64,000 nt of DNA from a virus. Every line of letters begins with the position of its first letter. Positions within the stretch are counted from its first letter, which is position 1. Positions 16,002 to 24,553 of the stretch are shown in pieces. The stretch lies in the IMG/VR virus record IMGVR_UViG_3300038595_000014. One strand, 5' to 3'. The notes under the pieces are model-generated. The model had not been told where the DNA came from and ran no database searches. It worked only from the letters and a program-made list of their open reading frames with translations. The position numbers and the translations under genes were made by a program.

Positions 16002-16548
16002 TTGACATTACCTCCCGCGCATACTCCGCGCCACTCGTGTTGCTAGTGTTACGATTTTCTTTGTTAACCACAGATCCACCAGCACGGAAAGCACTATTGC
16101 CCACCATGCCACGCCCTCTAGCGCTAAGTTCAGAAAGTCTGCCAATGAATTCATGCCGCAGCGACCACCCAATGAGAAGCATCGCGGCTATCAGCAGAAT
16201 GTCGCCTGACATATATGGCAACGAACCAACCACACGCGGTGCATCAGTAACCCGTGCCCACAAGCCAGTTAATCCGTTCAAGGCCAAAAACGACCGAATA
16301 AACAAAATGTGTCGCCAGAACTGACTCTGGGTGGCGGTCACTCGCGGGATTGCGGATGCCGCCACTATCCAAGTAGCAGAAATTAGAAGGATGAGTAAGT
16401 CGCTGGATATGGGGAATGCGTCGTAAAACCTGATGGATACTAGCCCAGCCAGGATGATGAGTGCTGATCGAACAAAGTGGCCGTTCCCCAGCCAATAAGA
16501 CAGAGCAGCCATCGAAACAGCAAGGCCCATGAGGAACGGCCAAACCAT
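15994..16548 (-). CDS. Multi-pass membrane protein
   Basis: About five hydrophobic segments and a polar C-tail. Confidence 0.65.
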   Translation of the reverse strand: MVWPFLMGLAVSMAALSYWLGNGHFVRSALIILAGLVSIRFYDAFPISSDLLILLISATWIVAASAIPRVTATQSQFWRHILFIRSFLALNGLTGLWARVTDAPRVVGSLPYMSGDILLIAAMLLIGWSLRHEFIGRLSELSARGRGMVGNSAFRAGGSVVNKENRNTSNTSGAEYAREVMSNG

Positions 16549-16778
16549 TACTTGCCGCCCCCAGAGCGGGTGGAGATCTGACCGTCATCGCCCCACACTT
16601 TCAGAGGACCAGCCACTGATTCAGCAGCAGCCAGATGGCTAAGGACCATACTAGCCGTGTCACGCGCTTCACATTGGTGTGTTGCGCAGCAGTGGTCACG
16701 GATTTGAATAACCGTGTTGATGACGTCCCGCAGTTTCTTCTGTGCGTCATCCATTTTGGCTTGGGTGATTTTGCTCAT
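16548..16778 (-). CDS. Hypothetical protein ending in STRSGGGK
   Basis: 76 aa; stop overlaps the start of the membrane protein gene. Confidence 0.65.
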   Translation of the reverse strand: MSKITQAKMDDAQKKLRDVINTVIQIRDHCCATHQCEARDTASMVLSHLAAAESVAGPLKVWGDDGQISTRSGGGK

Positions 16779-16883
16779 CCGAATTCCCTAAGTTCAAAGG
16801 TGGTAGTTAACAAGTTAAACAGTACCACAAAAGAAAAGCCCGATCCAGAGACCGGGCGATTCAATAGACAATGCATAGGGGTT

Positions 16884-17096
16884 TTAGCCCTTATTGCGCA
16901 TCATCATTTCGGAGGGTTGGGTGTACATGCCGCCCTTGTTGGATTCAATGGGGCCGGTTTTCATGCCCATAGGGGTGCTGTAGCGGGAGCCGTCAGGTGC
17001 GCCAGTCATCATGCCGCCCATTTTCATGTCACCGCCTTTGTTACCCATGTCGGACTTCATGCCGCCCATCATCTTGTCGCCGTAGTGCTTTGGCAT
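16884..17096 (-). CDS. Met/Gly/Lys-rich small protein (70 aa)
   Basis: 15 Met in 70 aa; preceded by the late motif and followed by a terminator-like hairpin near 16835-16858. Confidence 0.7.
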   Translation of the reverse strand: MPKHYGDKMMGGMKSDMGNKGGDMKMGGMMTGAPDGSRYSTPMGMKTGPIESNKGGMYTQPSEMMMRNKG

Positions 17097-17170
17097 CTTG
17101 TTGATCCTTTCGTGTGTTGTACAACAATACGAACATCTTAACATGTTAAGCTTTAGGAATCTAGTCCGTG

Positions 17171-17323
17171 CTACTTACGCTTCTTAGCAGACTTAGCCGC
17201 CTGCTTAAACGCCTTGGCTGTCGGGTATCCCTTTTCGCCCGGTCGTTTGGGACGCTTACCTGCTTTGCGCCGAGAATGTATATTTTCGTAAAGCCCCGGC
17301 TTCTTCTTCGTGCTTTTAGCCAT
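17171..17323 (-). CDS. Small basic protein (50 aa, GLYENIH...PTAKAFKQAAKSAKK)
   Basis: Read manually; resembles a recurrent small basic phage protein type. Confidence 0.75.
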   Translation of the reverse strand: MAKSTKKKPGLYENIHSRRKAGKRPKRPGEKGYPTAKAFKQAAKSAKKRK

Positions 17324-17343
17324 CTGCTAAGTCCTTGATTTTG

Positions 17344-17655
17344 CTACCATTTCGTGACCGAAGACCAGTGCGCCGCGCTCATTTTGCCCTTTGCAATGTT
17401 CTTTGCATGGCGCGCTTTGAAGGAAGCCCGTCGCTTTTTAGCTGCTTCGCTCTCGCCTTTCTTGGGTGGAGACCCTTTGACGTTTTGTTGGCCGAAGCGG
17501 ATCGTCTTGATTTTTGACCCTTCTTTTGCTACGACAACGTGCGACTTGGTGGGGTGGTTGGGGGTGCGCTTCGGTTTGTTCACGCCCTTAACCCCCGCCC
17601 GTTTAACTGCGGCCTTGGCTTTGGCAGCGACGGATTGCTTGCCCTTCTTAGCCAT
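17344..17655 (-). CDS. Basic phage protein (KSHVVVAKEG...IRFGQQ...RRASFKARH...W)
   Basis: 103 aa, Lys/Arg-rich, with a motif pattern I recognise from marine phages. Confidence 0.75.
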   Translation of the reverse strand: MAKKGKQSVAAKAKAAVKRAGVKGVNKPKRTPNHPTKSHVVVAKEGSKIKTIRFGQQNVKGSPPKKGESEAAKKRRASFKARHAKNIAKGKMSAAHWSSVTKW

Positions 17656-17780
17656 TATTTTTTCTTCTTCATCTTTGGCTTGGCTTTGATCGGGCCTTTG
17701 CCTTTGACTGCCGGGGTCTTGCGCTTGACCGGCTTGGTGGTGGATTTGCGGTACTGAACGCGCGGGGTCTGGGTTGCCAT
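17655..17780 (-). CDS. Small Lys-rich protein (41 aa)
   Basis: MATQTPRVQYRKSTTKPVKRKTPAVKGKGPIKAKPKMKKKK; read manually; TAATG coupling to the next gene. Confidence 0.65.
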   Translation of the reverse strand: MATQTPRVQYRKSTTKPVKRKTPAVKGKGPIKAKPKMKKKK

Positions 17781-17781
17781 G

Positions 17782-17955
17782 TTACTTCTTCCTTCTCTTG
17801 CGCTTTGCGCCTGCCTCGCTTAGTGCGATGGCCTTGGCCTGCTTTGCGCTTGTGACCTTTCGGCCTGAACTGGATTTAAGGGTGCCGCTTTTGTACTCGC
17901 GCAGCACCTTGCTGACTTTAGCAGACTTGGCGGCTTTTGTCCTTGGCTTGGGCAT
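17782..17955 (-). CDS. DUF6496-like basic protein
   Basis: KVSKVLREYKSGTLKSSSGRKVTSAKQAKAIALSEA. Confidence 0.75.
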   Translation of the reverse strand: MPKPRTKAAKSAKVSKVLREYKSGTLKSSSGRKVTSAKQAKAIALSEAGAKRKRRKK

Positions 17956-18005
17956 TATTTCACCTTTCTGGCGTTGGGGGCGCATTGGCACCATTTGTAT
18001 TTAAC

Positions 18006-18863
18006 TCATATGTATGACTTTATTTTAACTCTATAGTTCAACAGGGTTGCACTTGATGTGAAACCTCCATTTGTAGACGAACTGAATACATCTCCAACCT
18101 TTACGTCAAACAAGTATCGCTCGTTACTTCCTTGAATGAAGTTCCCTAATTCTTGCTTCAGCGCGTGGTTCTTGGTCGTACCATTTATTAGCACCCCGTT
18201 TAGAGTGTCTTGGCAGCTAACATTGCTATACGTCCCATCTGTATTTTGCGGGTCTACCCTGAATTGCGTTGTTACCTCAACTTGACCATTAAAATTGAAC
18301 GTCAAGTCTCCGGACGACTGCGTAATAAGCCCAGTGAAGTCTGTGCTAGTTATTGAAAGGTTTATATCTGTTGAGTCTGTGTTTACGGATGAAGTTAAGT
18401 CTGCAGATGTAATATACTCAACGCGGCTGCGAACAGACCACGCCGCAACGGTTTGGGAGTTTACGACATCCTTGTATACGGCGAAGGTGATAGACTTATT
18501 CGGCTTGATCCTGATAGTAGATAGCCCCTGAAAAAATGAGCCGCCGCCGGATATTGATACGACAATATCATTATCTGAGTTGCCGCTTGATGACAGGAAA
18601 TCAGACAGGTTAGCGACCCTGACCTCTTTAACCACACCGTTCTCTGGCACATCAGATGGGTCTGGCAGAGTCAGTGAGAAATCGCCGGTCCCCGTCCCAG
18701 TGTCTATTGCAAGCTCTCTCGGCAAGCTGCTTCCGGAGAGAGCAGTATTGGTCCCGGTATTTATATACTGGAGATCGTGGTATCCAGACGATATAAGCTT
18801 CCCGTTTCCATCTATCTTAAAGTGGTTTTCGTGGACTCTATCGTCGTGCAAGTGGGTAGGCAT
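18006..18863 (-). CDS. Putative tail or virion structural protein
   Basis: 285 aa, Ser/Thr/Asn-rich and beta-like; end of the tail operon. Confidence 0.55.
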   Translation of the reverse strand: MPTHLHDDRVHENHFKIDGNGKLISSGYHDLQYINTGTNTALSGSSLPRELAIDTGTGTGDFSLTLPDPSDVPENGVVKEVRVANLSDFLSSSGNSDNDIVVSISGGGSFFQGLSTIRIKPNKSITFAVYKDVVNSQTVAAWSVRSRVEYITSADLTSSVNTDSTDINLSITSTDFTGLITQSSGDLTFNFNGQVEVTTQFRVDPQNTDGTYSNVSCQDTLNGVLINGTTKNHALKQELGNFIQGSNERYLFDVKVGDVFSSSTNGGFTSSATLLNYRVKIKSYI

Positions 18864-21800
18864 TATGTCACCTGTGTTGTTATAAGGGTTCCGTCAGTGC
18901 CAACGCTGAGACGCCAGCGTGTATTGTCTGAGGCAACTAGAACAAGCTCTTCGCCCAAGTTTACCGAATCGCCTTGGCTGTTTTCTGCCCTCAAAGCCAC
19001 GTCAAAGGCCAGCACGGTCTCATGCGTGTAGGTGGTGCTAAACAGACCAAACTGCGGCAGGGTCGCGTGGTCTTCTAAGTTTTGCACCACGCTTGGGATT
19101 GGCTCAAAGTCTTCATAGTTGAAGAACCTCGCATTCTCATCCGCAACGGAGATATGACCGCCCAGCCCCGCGCCAAAGTAGGTTTCATATGTCCGGTTGG
19201 TGTCGATCTCCGCCCGGTCGCCAGAGATGAACAAGTTGCCATTGCTCCCCGGCTTGAAAGCGAAGACCTGCCATCCGTCAACATTGGTTCCCTCAATCTC
19301 CACCTGCCGGGTTGTTCCTGTGGTTGCGGGAACTGTGCGGGTTTCGGTGTAGCTCAGAATAACCTGAATGTCGTTGATGGTAGCCACCCCCCCGTTCACT
19401 CGCTCTGTGACGCTTACGCGGATCTCATGCTGCCCGTCTCCATTACGGTTCGGGTAGTATCGCGCCTCAACAAACGCCTGCTCACTGCCGTCATTAAGGG
19501 TGAAGTTTGCGAAGGTCTCAACCGGTCCACCCACTCCAGTAAGCGTTGCCTGCCCTGCGCCGAACAGGTTCCCGTTGGCGTGGCCGCGATAGTCAATCGT
19601 CACCGTTGTTGATGCCGTCGGAATGTTACGGGTGAAGAACAGCTCATCCGCTTCTGGGACAGGAATGCCATTCTGGAAAGTCAGCGTCGGGATCGTCTGC
19701 CAAATACCAGGGCCAGAGACTTGAGTCGCAGGCGCAGGATAGATGGTGTCAGTGATGGTGCTTGCTGGTTGTCCCGGAACTCGAACATTGACCGAGTAAG
19801 AGCCATTGACATAGCTGATCAGGTCTCGCCCAGTGGTGCCATCAAATGCTGTGACATAGCTCGCTTGGTTGGCGGGTTGTCCCGGCGGGATGTACAACAG
19901 CTTGCGCCGGACTTGATCTCCTGAAAGCTCAGACAGTGGCCGCGAGTTCTTTAAGCCGCCGCTTCCCGCGTTTTCATTCGGCTCATAGAACACTGATTGC
20001 GTTGTGCTGGTGGATCCGGAAATCTGGTTGTTATAGGTGGTCGGGTTGACTGTTGGGGTGCTTTCCTCAGTGACGCTGGTGTTGTTGTCCAGAACATCAA
20101 TAACGGCATCTGGCAAGCTCAGCGCGGCGTGTTCCAGCTCTGCGTCAATCCGGTCAAGCGCCTCCTGATGGTTTGCAAGCTCATTGGTCCATGCACCCAC
20201 CTGTTCAACCGTGGTGCGCTCCACCTCAAACACATGGCCAGAAGTGAGGCCCGTCAGCAGGTAGACGAAGTAGGTAACGCCGCCCTCTGTGAAGCTCTCG
20301 ATCACGTCAACACCAAGCTGGCCCTGCATCAACGGAGTGACCGTATCAGCCGTGACGTTCTTCAAGACGTACAGGTGCGGCTGAGCAGTTGCAACGAACA
20401 TTCCGGTGTTGTTGTTTGTGAACTGCGGGTTGTTCGCCGGAACCTGAGTAAAGTCGCTAAGCTGGGTCGGGTAAGCCCCGGTGCCGTCATAAGTCGCGAA
20501 CCGCGCGCTTGGGTCAGGCTCGGAGTGAGTGACGCTGATGATCGGCTCCAAGCGGTCCTCAATCTCAGCATATGTCACGCCTTGATCGGGGATGGCTCGG
20601 TTTAGCTTCTCTTGCACAGATGCAGAGAGGCGCTCCTCTGGCAGGTTTTGCACGTTCTGCGTGACGTCAACGGTGCTGGGGTCAAGCTGGAAGTGCTGCT
20701 GGACCTCAGTCAACCACACCTCAATCGTCGCTAGGAACGGGTAGTTGATCGATTGGGCGCGCTGATAATGGCGATAGGTGCTGTTTGTGAACGTCGCATC
20801 GTCAACAAACGTGAAGTCATTGGCAAGGTTCCAACGCTCTACAATGGCGCCGTCAGTATCCCGCAGAATGACGTCAATCGTGCTTTCCGGGTGGCCGGTG
20901 ATGAAGTTCGGCGAAACGCCAACGGTCATGTAGCTGTTGAACAGGTTATGACCAAGTTGAAAGCGCAGTTGTGCGTCTCTGTTTTCACGCCCGCCGACAT
21001 AGCGGTAATTATCGCCTGCGCGTGGGTTGTTTGGATCGGTCGATGGTGTGATGAATGGGGCGGTCGTAAGTGGGTTCTCAGACAGCCATACAACGCCCTC
21101 AGAACCAAGTTGAGAAATCAGGCCCGCATCAACCCGGTTGTCGATCTCTGTGATTTCTTCATGGAAGTTGGAGGCCGCGCGGCTGGTGCGCTCAAAGCCC
21201 GTCCGCTCCCAAACAAACCAGTTGTCGCCGTCCGTCCAGCTCGTGAATGCATCGGCATCCCAGACCACGTAGTCGCCATCATTGATAACGCGGTCACTCA
21301 CGCCAGCGTCAAGCAGGCCCTGCCGCAGGGTTCCATCGTTCGGGTTGGACCCGGCAACGCGGAACGCATAGCCTTTCAGTACCTCCCCGGCACCCGGCAG
21401 AAGCGATCCGTCCGCGTTATTCCAAGTGCGAGTTTGCAGAACCACCTCGCCAAAGGTGGCAACCGGATCTGTTGCCTGCTGGACAGAGATCCGCTCAATA
21501 GGTTGGATAGACCCACCAATGCGCTCAACCCTATAGGTTACAGACATGCCCTGCCCAAGCGTGGTGGGGAACGCCCCCTCAGCGAAACCGACACTCACAT
21601 TTGGCGCGGTGATTGTCAGTCGGTTGCGGGTGATGAACGTGCTGCTACCGCCGTTGTACTCAATCGTGCGAGTAAGAACCTCAGCAAGTCCACGGGCCGC
21701 AAGATCATCAAACGCCAGCGCCAGCTCTGTTGGGTTAGGGAACTCAAATGTGTAACGCCCATTTGGTTGTCCGCGCGCGCCAGACAGAGTTAGGCTTTGC

Positions 21801-22183
21801 CTACCTCCATACCAGATGTCTTGGTTTCCGCCGGGAACAACGTAGTTAGGAAAGAAGCTGCCGGTAAACGTGACAGGTTCAGAACCAAGTCCGGTGCCGT
21901 CAACGAGATCCAACGCTTCACGAACGGTATCCACAGAGGCGGCGCTAAAGATCCCCCGTGCATTGGCGTTGTCATACGAAACCATTGCGGCTGACACTGT
22001 ACCAGGGGTGCCACCGTCTAGCTGGAAGCCATCAATAACAGCCGCCATCGCCTGTACTGATGCGCCAGAGGACAGACTCGCCAATGTTCCGGTAAGTGAG
22101 CCAGTGTCCAGCTGTATTTCGTCTGCATATCCTAACGTACCACTAGAGGACGTAAGCGTTACGGGAATAGAGCGATCAACCAT
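18863..22183 (-). CDS. Large tail fibre/appendage-like structural protein (~1106 aa)
   Basis: Thr/Gly/Val-rich; start reassigned to MVDRS (GAGG RBS), which reduces the overlap with the upstream ORF from 44 to 8 nt. Confidence 0.6.
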   Translation of the reverse strand: MVDRSIPVTLTSSSGTLGYADEIQLDTGSLTGTLASLSSGASVQAMAAVIDGFQLDGGTPGTVSAAMVSYDNANARGIFSAASVDTVREALDLVDGTGLGSEPVTFTGSFFPNYVVPGGNQDIWYGGRQSLTLSGARGQPNGRYTFEFPNPTELALAFDDLAARGLAEVLTRTIEYNGGSSTFITRNRLTITAPNVSVGFAEGAFPTTLGQGMSVTYRVERIGGSIQPIERISVQQATDPVATFGEVVLQTRTWNNADGSLLPGAGEVLKGYAFRVAGSNPNDGTLRQGLLDAGVSDRVINDGDYVVWDADAFTSWTDGDNWFVWERTGFERTSRAASNFHEEITEIDNRVDAGLISQLGSEGVVWLSENPLTTAPFITPSTDPNNPRAGDNYRYVGGRENRDAQLRFQLGHNLFNSYMTVGVSPNFITGHPESTIDVILRDTDGAIVERWNLANDFTFVDDATFTNSTYRHYQRAQSINYPFLATIEVWLTEVQQHFQLDPSTVDVTQNVQNLPEERLSASVQEKLNRAIPDQGVTYAEIEDRLEPIISVTHSEPDPSARFATYDGTGAYPTQLSDFTQVPANNPQFTNNNTGMFVATAQPHLYVLKNVTADTVTPLMQGQLGVDVIESFTEGGVTYFVYLLTGLTSGHVFEVERTTVEQVGAWTNELANHQEALDRIDAELEHAALSLPDAVIDVLDNNTSVTEESTPTVNPTTYNNQISGSTSTTQSVFYEPNENAGSGGLKNSRPLSELSGDQVRRKLLYIPPGQPANQASYVTAFDGTTGRDLISYVNGSYSVNVRVPGQPASTITDTIYPAPATQVSGPGIWQTIPTLTFQNGIPVPEADELFFTRNIPTASTTVTIDYRGHANGNLFGAGQATLTGVGGPVETFANFTLNDGSEQAFVEARYYPNRNGDGQHEIRVSVTERVNGGVATINDIQVILSYTETRTVPATTGTTRQVEIEGTNVDGWQVFAFKPGSNGNLFISGDRAEIDTNRTYETYFGAGLGGHISVADENARFFNYEDFEPIPSVVQNLEDHATLPQFGLFSTTYTHETVLAFDVALRAENSQGDSVNLGEELVLVASDNTRWRLSVGTDGTLITTQVT

Positions 22184-22826
22184 GGAACACCTCGTAGTCG
22201 ATAGGGGCTGTGCGCCCATTGTTGGTTTGCATTAGCAAGTTGTATAGCTGCCCGTTGATTGTTCTGGCGCTATTGGTGCGCTGGAATGTGTCTAGGATTG
22301 GGATTCCCAAGGTCTTCTCCGTTATCCTCGTGATTGGCCTATCGGCTGGCTCTAGAATCCCTAGGATCTCAGTGGCTGGAAAGTTGACAGAAATCTCATA
22401 GCTTGACCCCGGCTGTTGGACATCAACGCTTGTCAGGTTGGCTAGGTCCACTGTCGCAAAGTCATTTGTCGCCCGGATGGCGTAGTATGCCAGCTCGTCG
22501 GGCTGCGTAGTCCTGATCTGGGTTGTTAGGGTGTTAGACATGATCGTTTGCCCGCCAGATGTTGTGCCGCGAATCTGGAACGTCACCTGACCGTCAGAGC
22601 TTGTATCAATGCCCGTCAGAGCGATCTGGACTGTATGCGTCCCGTCAGATGATGGCACAGTGATTATCTTGTCATCACCACCTGTCACGACAAGGTTCAG
22701 CGCTGTAATCTGGTCTGTCGCCTGAGTGGTAAATGTGAACTGCGCATTCTCATTCAGGTTTGTGCCTGTCTCGACGCGGGATGGAACTGTGGAACTCAGC
22801 CCGCTTACGCCCGGATCTGGAGTGAC
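22176..22826 (-). CDS. C-terminal extension of the 22805-23998 gene, reached by a -1 shift (or a split gene)
   Basis: Frame is open from about 22945 to 22176 with no start before the RBS-less GTG at 22688; joins seamlessly at a C5 run. Confidence 0.6.
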   Translation of the reverse strand, partial: VTPDPGVSGLSSTVPSRVETGTNLNENAQFTFTTQATDQITALNLVVTGGDDKIITVPSSDGTHTVQIALTGIDTSSDGQVTFQIRGTTSGGQTIMSNTLTTQIRTTQPDELAYYAIRATNDFATVDLANLTSVDVQQPGSSYEISVNFPATEILGILEPADRPITRITEKTLGIPILDTFQRTNSARTINGQLYNLLMQTNNGRTAPIDYEVFHG

Positions 22827-23998
22827 GGGGGTGTAACGCCAGTCACGTTCAGATTGATAACCCCGTTGGTGTCGTCGTACTGAACAGTCAGGCCGTTGTG
22901 TGTGCCTCCAGTGAGCATAGCCGCGACAAGATCTTGGGTTTCCTCATCGGTTGGCAGGTCAGCCTCTGTCAGAATACGCTCATCAACAACAGTCCAGAAC
23001 CGCGTCCCAAAGTACGGAACATTCTGACCCACAATAGTGAAGCCAAGTGGGTCTGCGTCTACATCTGTTTGCGTTGTGACCGAGCCAAGGATTGTGAACG
23101 GCGTTGCGTCTGGTGACAGGAGGCGAACATAAAGCTCCTGCCCTGTATCCTGAAACGCTGGCTCCAGAGATGTATCTAGAACAAAGTCAGACGTTCCGGG
23201 GTCACCAGTCAAGTCAAATACATCACCGTCTGCAATCTGTGCTGGCGTGTGGCTTCGATAGATCACTCGTGCGTTAGCGTCTGTGCCGCCGTGAATCTGG
23301 ATGTAGAATTTCCCGTTTGTCCCGCGCGTCACCCAATTATCAATGATTGCCTTAGTGATGTTGGTGAAGTTAAAGGCAAGCTCTGTGGTCGTATGCGTGG
23401 TGTCAGTTCGGCTTTGGAAAACAATCGGGCCTTGACGCGCTGTCGCAAGTTCAATCGAGAATGTGCCAGTGCCTGCTGCTGTAAGTGGCCTACTGCCAAT
23501 AAGGGCATAGACCTGATTGAACATGTCATAGGCGATAAACCGCCCCTGAGACGCAGAAATCCTCAGGTTAAGGAAGTTCAGGGAGTTGTCAGGAATACCA
23601 AGAGACTTGGCGCTTTCGATAAGGTCAGAAACCTCACGCATAGAGGACGCAACAAGAGCGCCCCCCTGAACCATTGGAATAGTCCCGTCAGGAACTCCGG
23701 GAATATTTGCCATCCCGTCACGGCCTGCAACGCCAAGCGCAGAGCTATTATCCAGCCAAGATGTGCCCGCTGAGTTTCGCACTTGATACTGTGCCACAGC
23801 ATTCCCGCCATCTGTGTATTGCAGGATGATGTTGAGGCTGGTGTCGTTATTGTAGAATGTCAGGTTAGAGGGATTTGCAGAAAAATAAGAATCACGCGCA
23901 CTTTCTGCCGCCGCGCGATCTGCTCCCTCAAAACGGTTCTGCGCAGGGCCTAGTGTAAAGCCGCCTCCGCCACCGCCAATCAATCCAGGATATGGCAT
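22805..23998 (-). CDS. Tail-associated structural protein (397 aa in frame 0; 607 aa if fused)
   Basis: Gly/Thr-rich; position in the tail operon. Confidence 0.65.
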   Translation of the reverse strand: MPYPGLIGGGGGGFTLGPAQNRFEGADRAAAESARDSYFSANPSNLTFYNNDTSLNIILQYTDGGNAVAQYQVRNSAGTSWLDNSSALGVAGRDGMANIPGVPDGTIPMVQGGALVASSMREVSDLIESAKSLGIPDNSLNFLNLRISASQGRFIAYDMFNQVYALIGSRPLTAAGTGTFSIELATARQGPIVFQSRTDTTHTTTELAFNFTNITKAIIDNWVTRGTNGKFYIQIHGGTDANARVIYRSHTPAQIADGDVFDLTGDPGTSDFVLDTSLEPAFQDTGQELYVRLLSPDATPFTILGSVTTQTDVDADPLGFTIVGQNVPYFGTRFWTVVDERILTEADLPTDEETQDLVAAMLTGGTHNGLTVQYDDTNGVINLNVTGVTPPSLQIRA

Positions 23999-24444
23999 TA
24001 GCTGATAGACCTCCAGTGATCCGCAACCATGAACGTGACGCCTGTAACGCCGTTCAGGATGATGCGACTATACTTGGCTTGGCTATTGAACGAGGGTGGG
24101 GTGTAGGTTGCCACTGCGTTAGGGGAGCCAGTCGTTGCGGAGATGATTGTATTGGCTTGGATGATGTGAGAATTTGTCTCAGATGGCATCAGCCAAAGAT
24201 TTTCATATGGCCCAGCCTCAACAGTAACCGTGCCAGCAGTGGGTGTGGCTGGTACTGGATTGTCTGCCGTGCCAGAGAAAAACTGAATGAAAACATTGCC
24301 TATGTTGTAGTTCATAGACATTTCTTCAGTGAAGAACGTACCGTCAGCGACTGGAATTAGAACGCCGCCATCGGTTGTGATAGCTGTATTGCCATCGGTT
24401 CTTTGGAATTGATAGCGCGTGGCGCGCCCTACAACGGAGGTCAT
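23998..24444 (-). CDS. Putative virion structural protein
   Basis: 148 aa; coupled to the downstream gene. Confidence 0.6.
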   Translation of the reverse strand: MTSVVGRATRYQFQRTDGNTAITTDGGVLIPVADGTFFTEEMSMNYNIGNVFIQFFSGTADNPVPATPTAGTVTVEAGPYENLWLMPSETNSHIIQANTIISATTGSPNAVATYTPPSFNSQAKYSRIILNGVTGVTFMVADHWRSIS

Positions 24445-24553
24445 TACTTGTCCCTTTCCAATTACAAACGCGCGTAATTAAAGAAAAGGACGCCCCTCCC
24501 GCGAATATAACATGCATCACGGAATGGGGCAATAGTGCAAGCTGGATGGCAGG

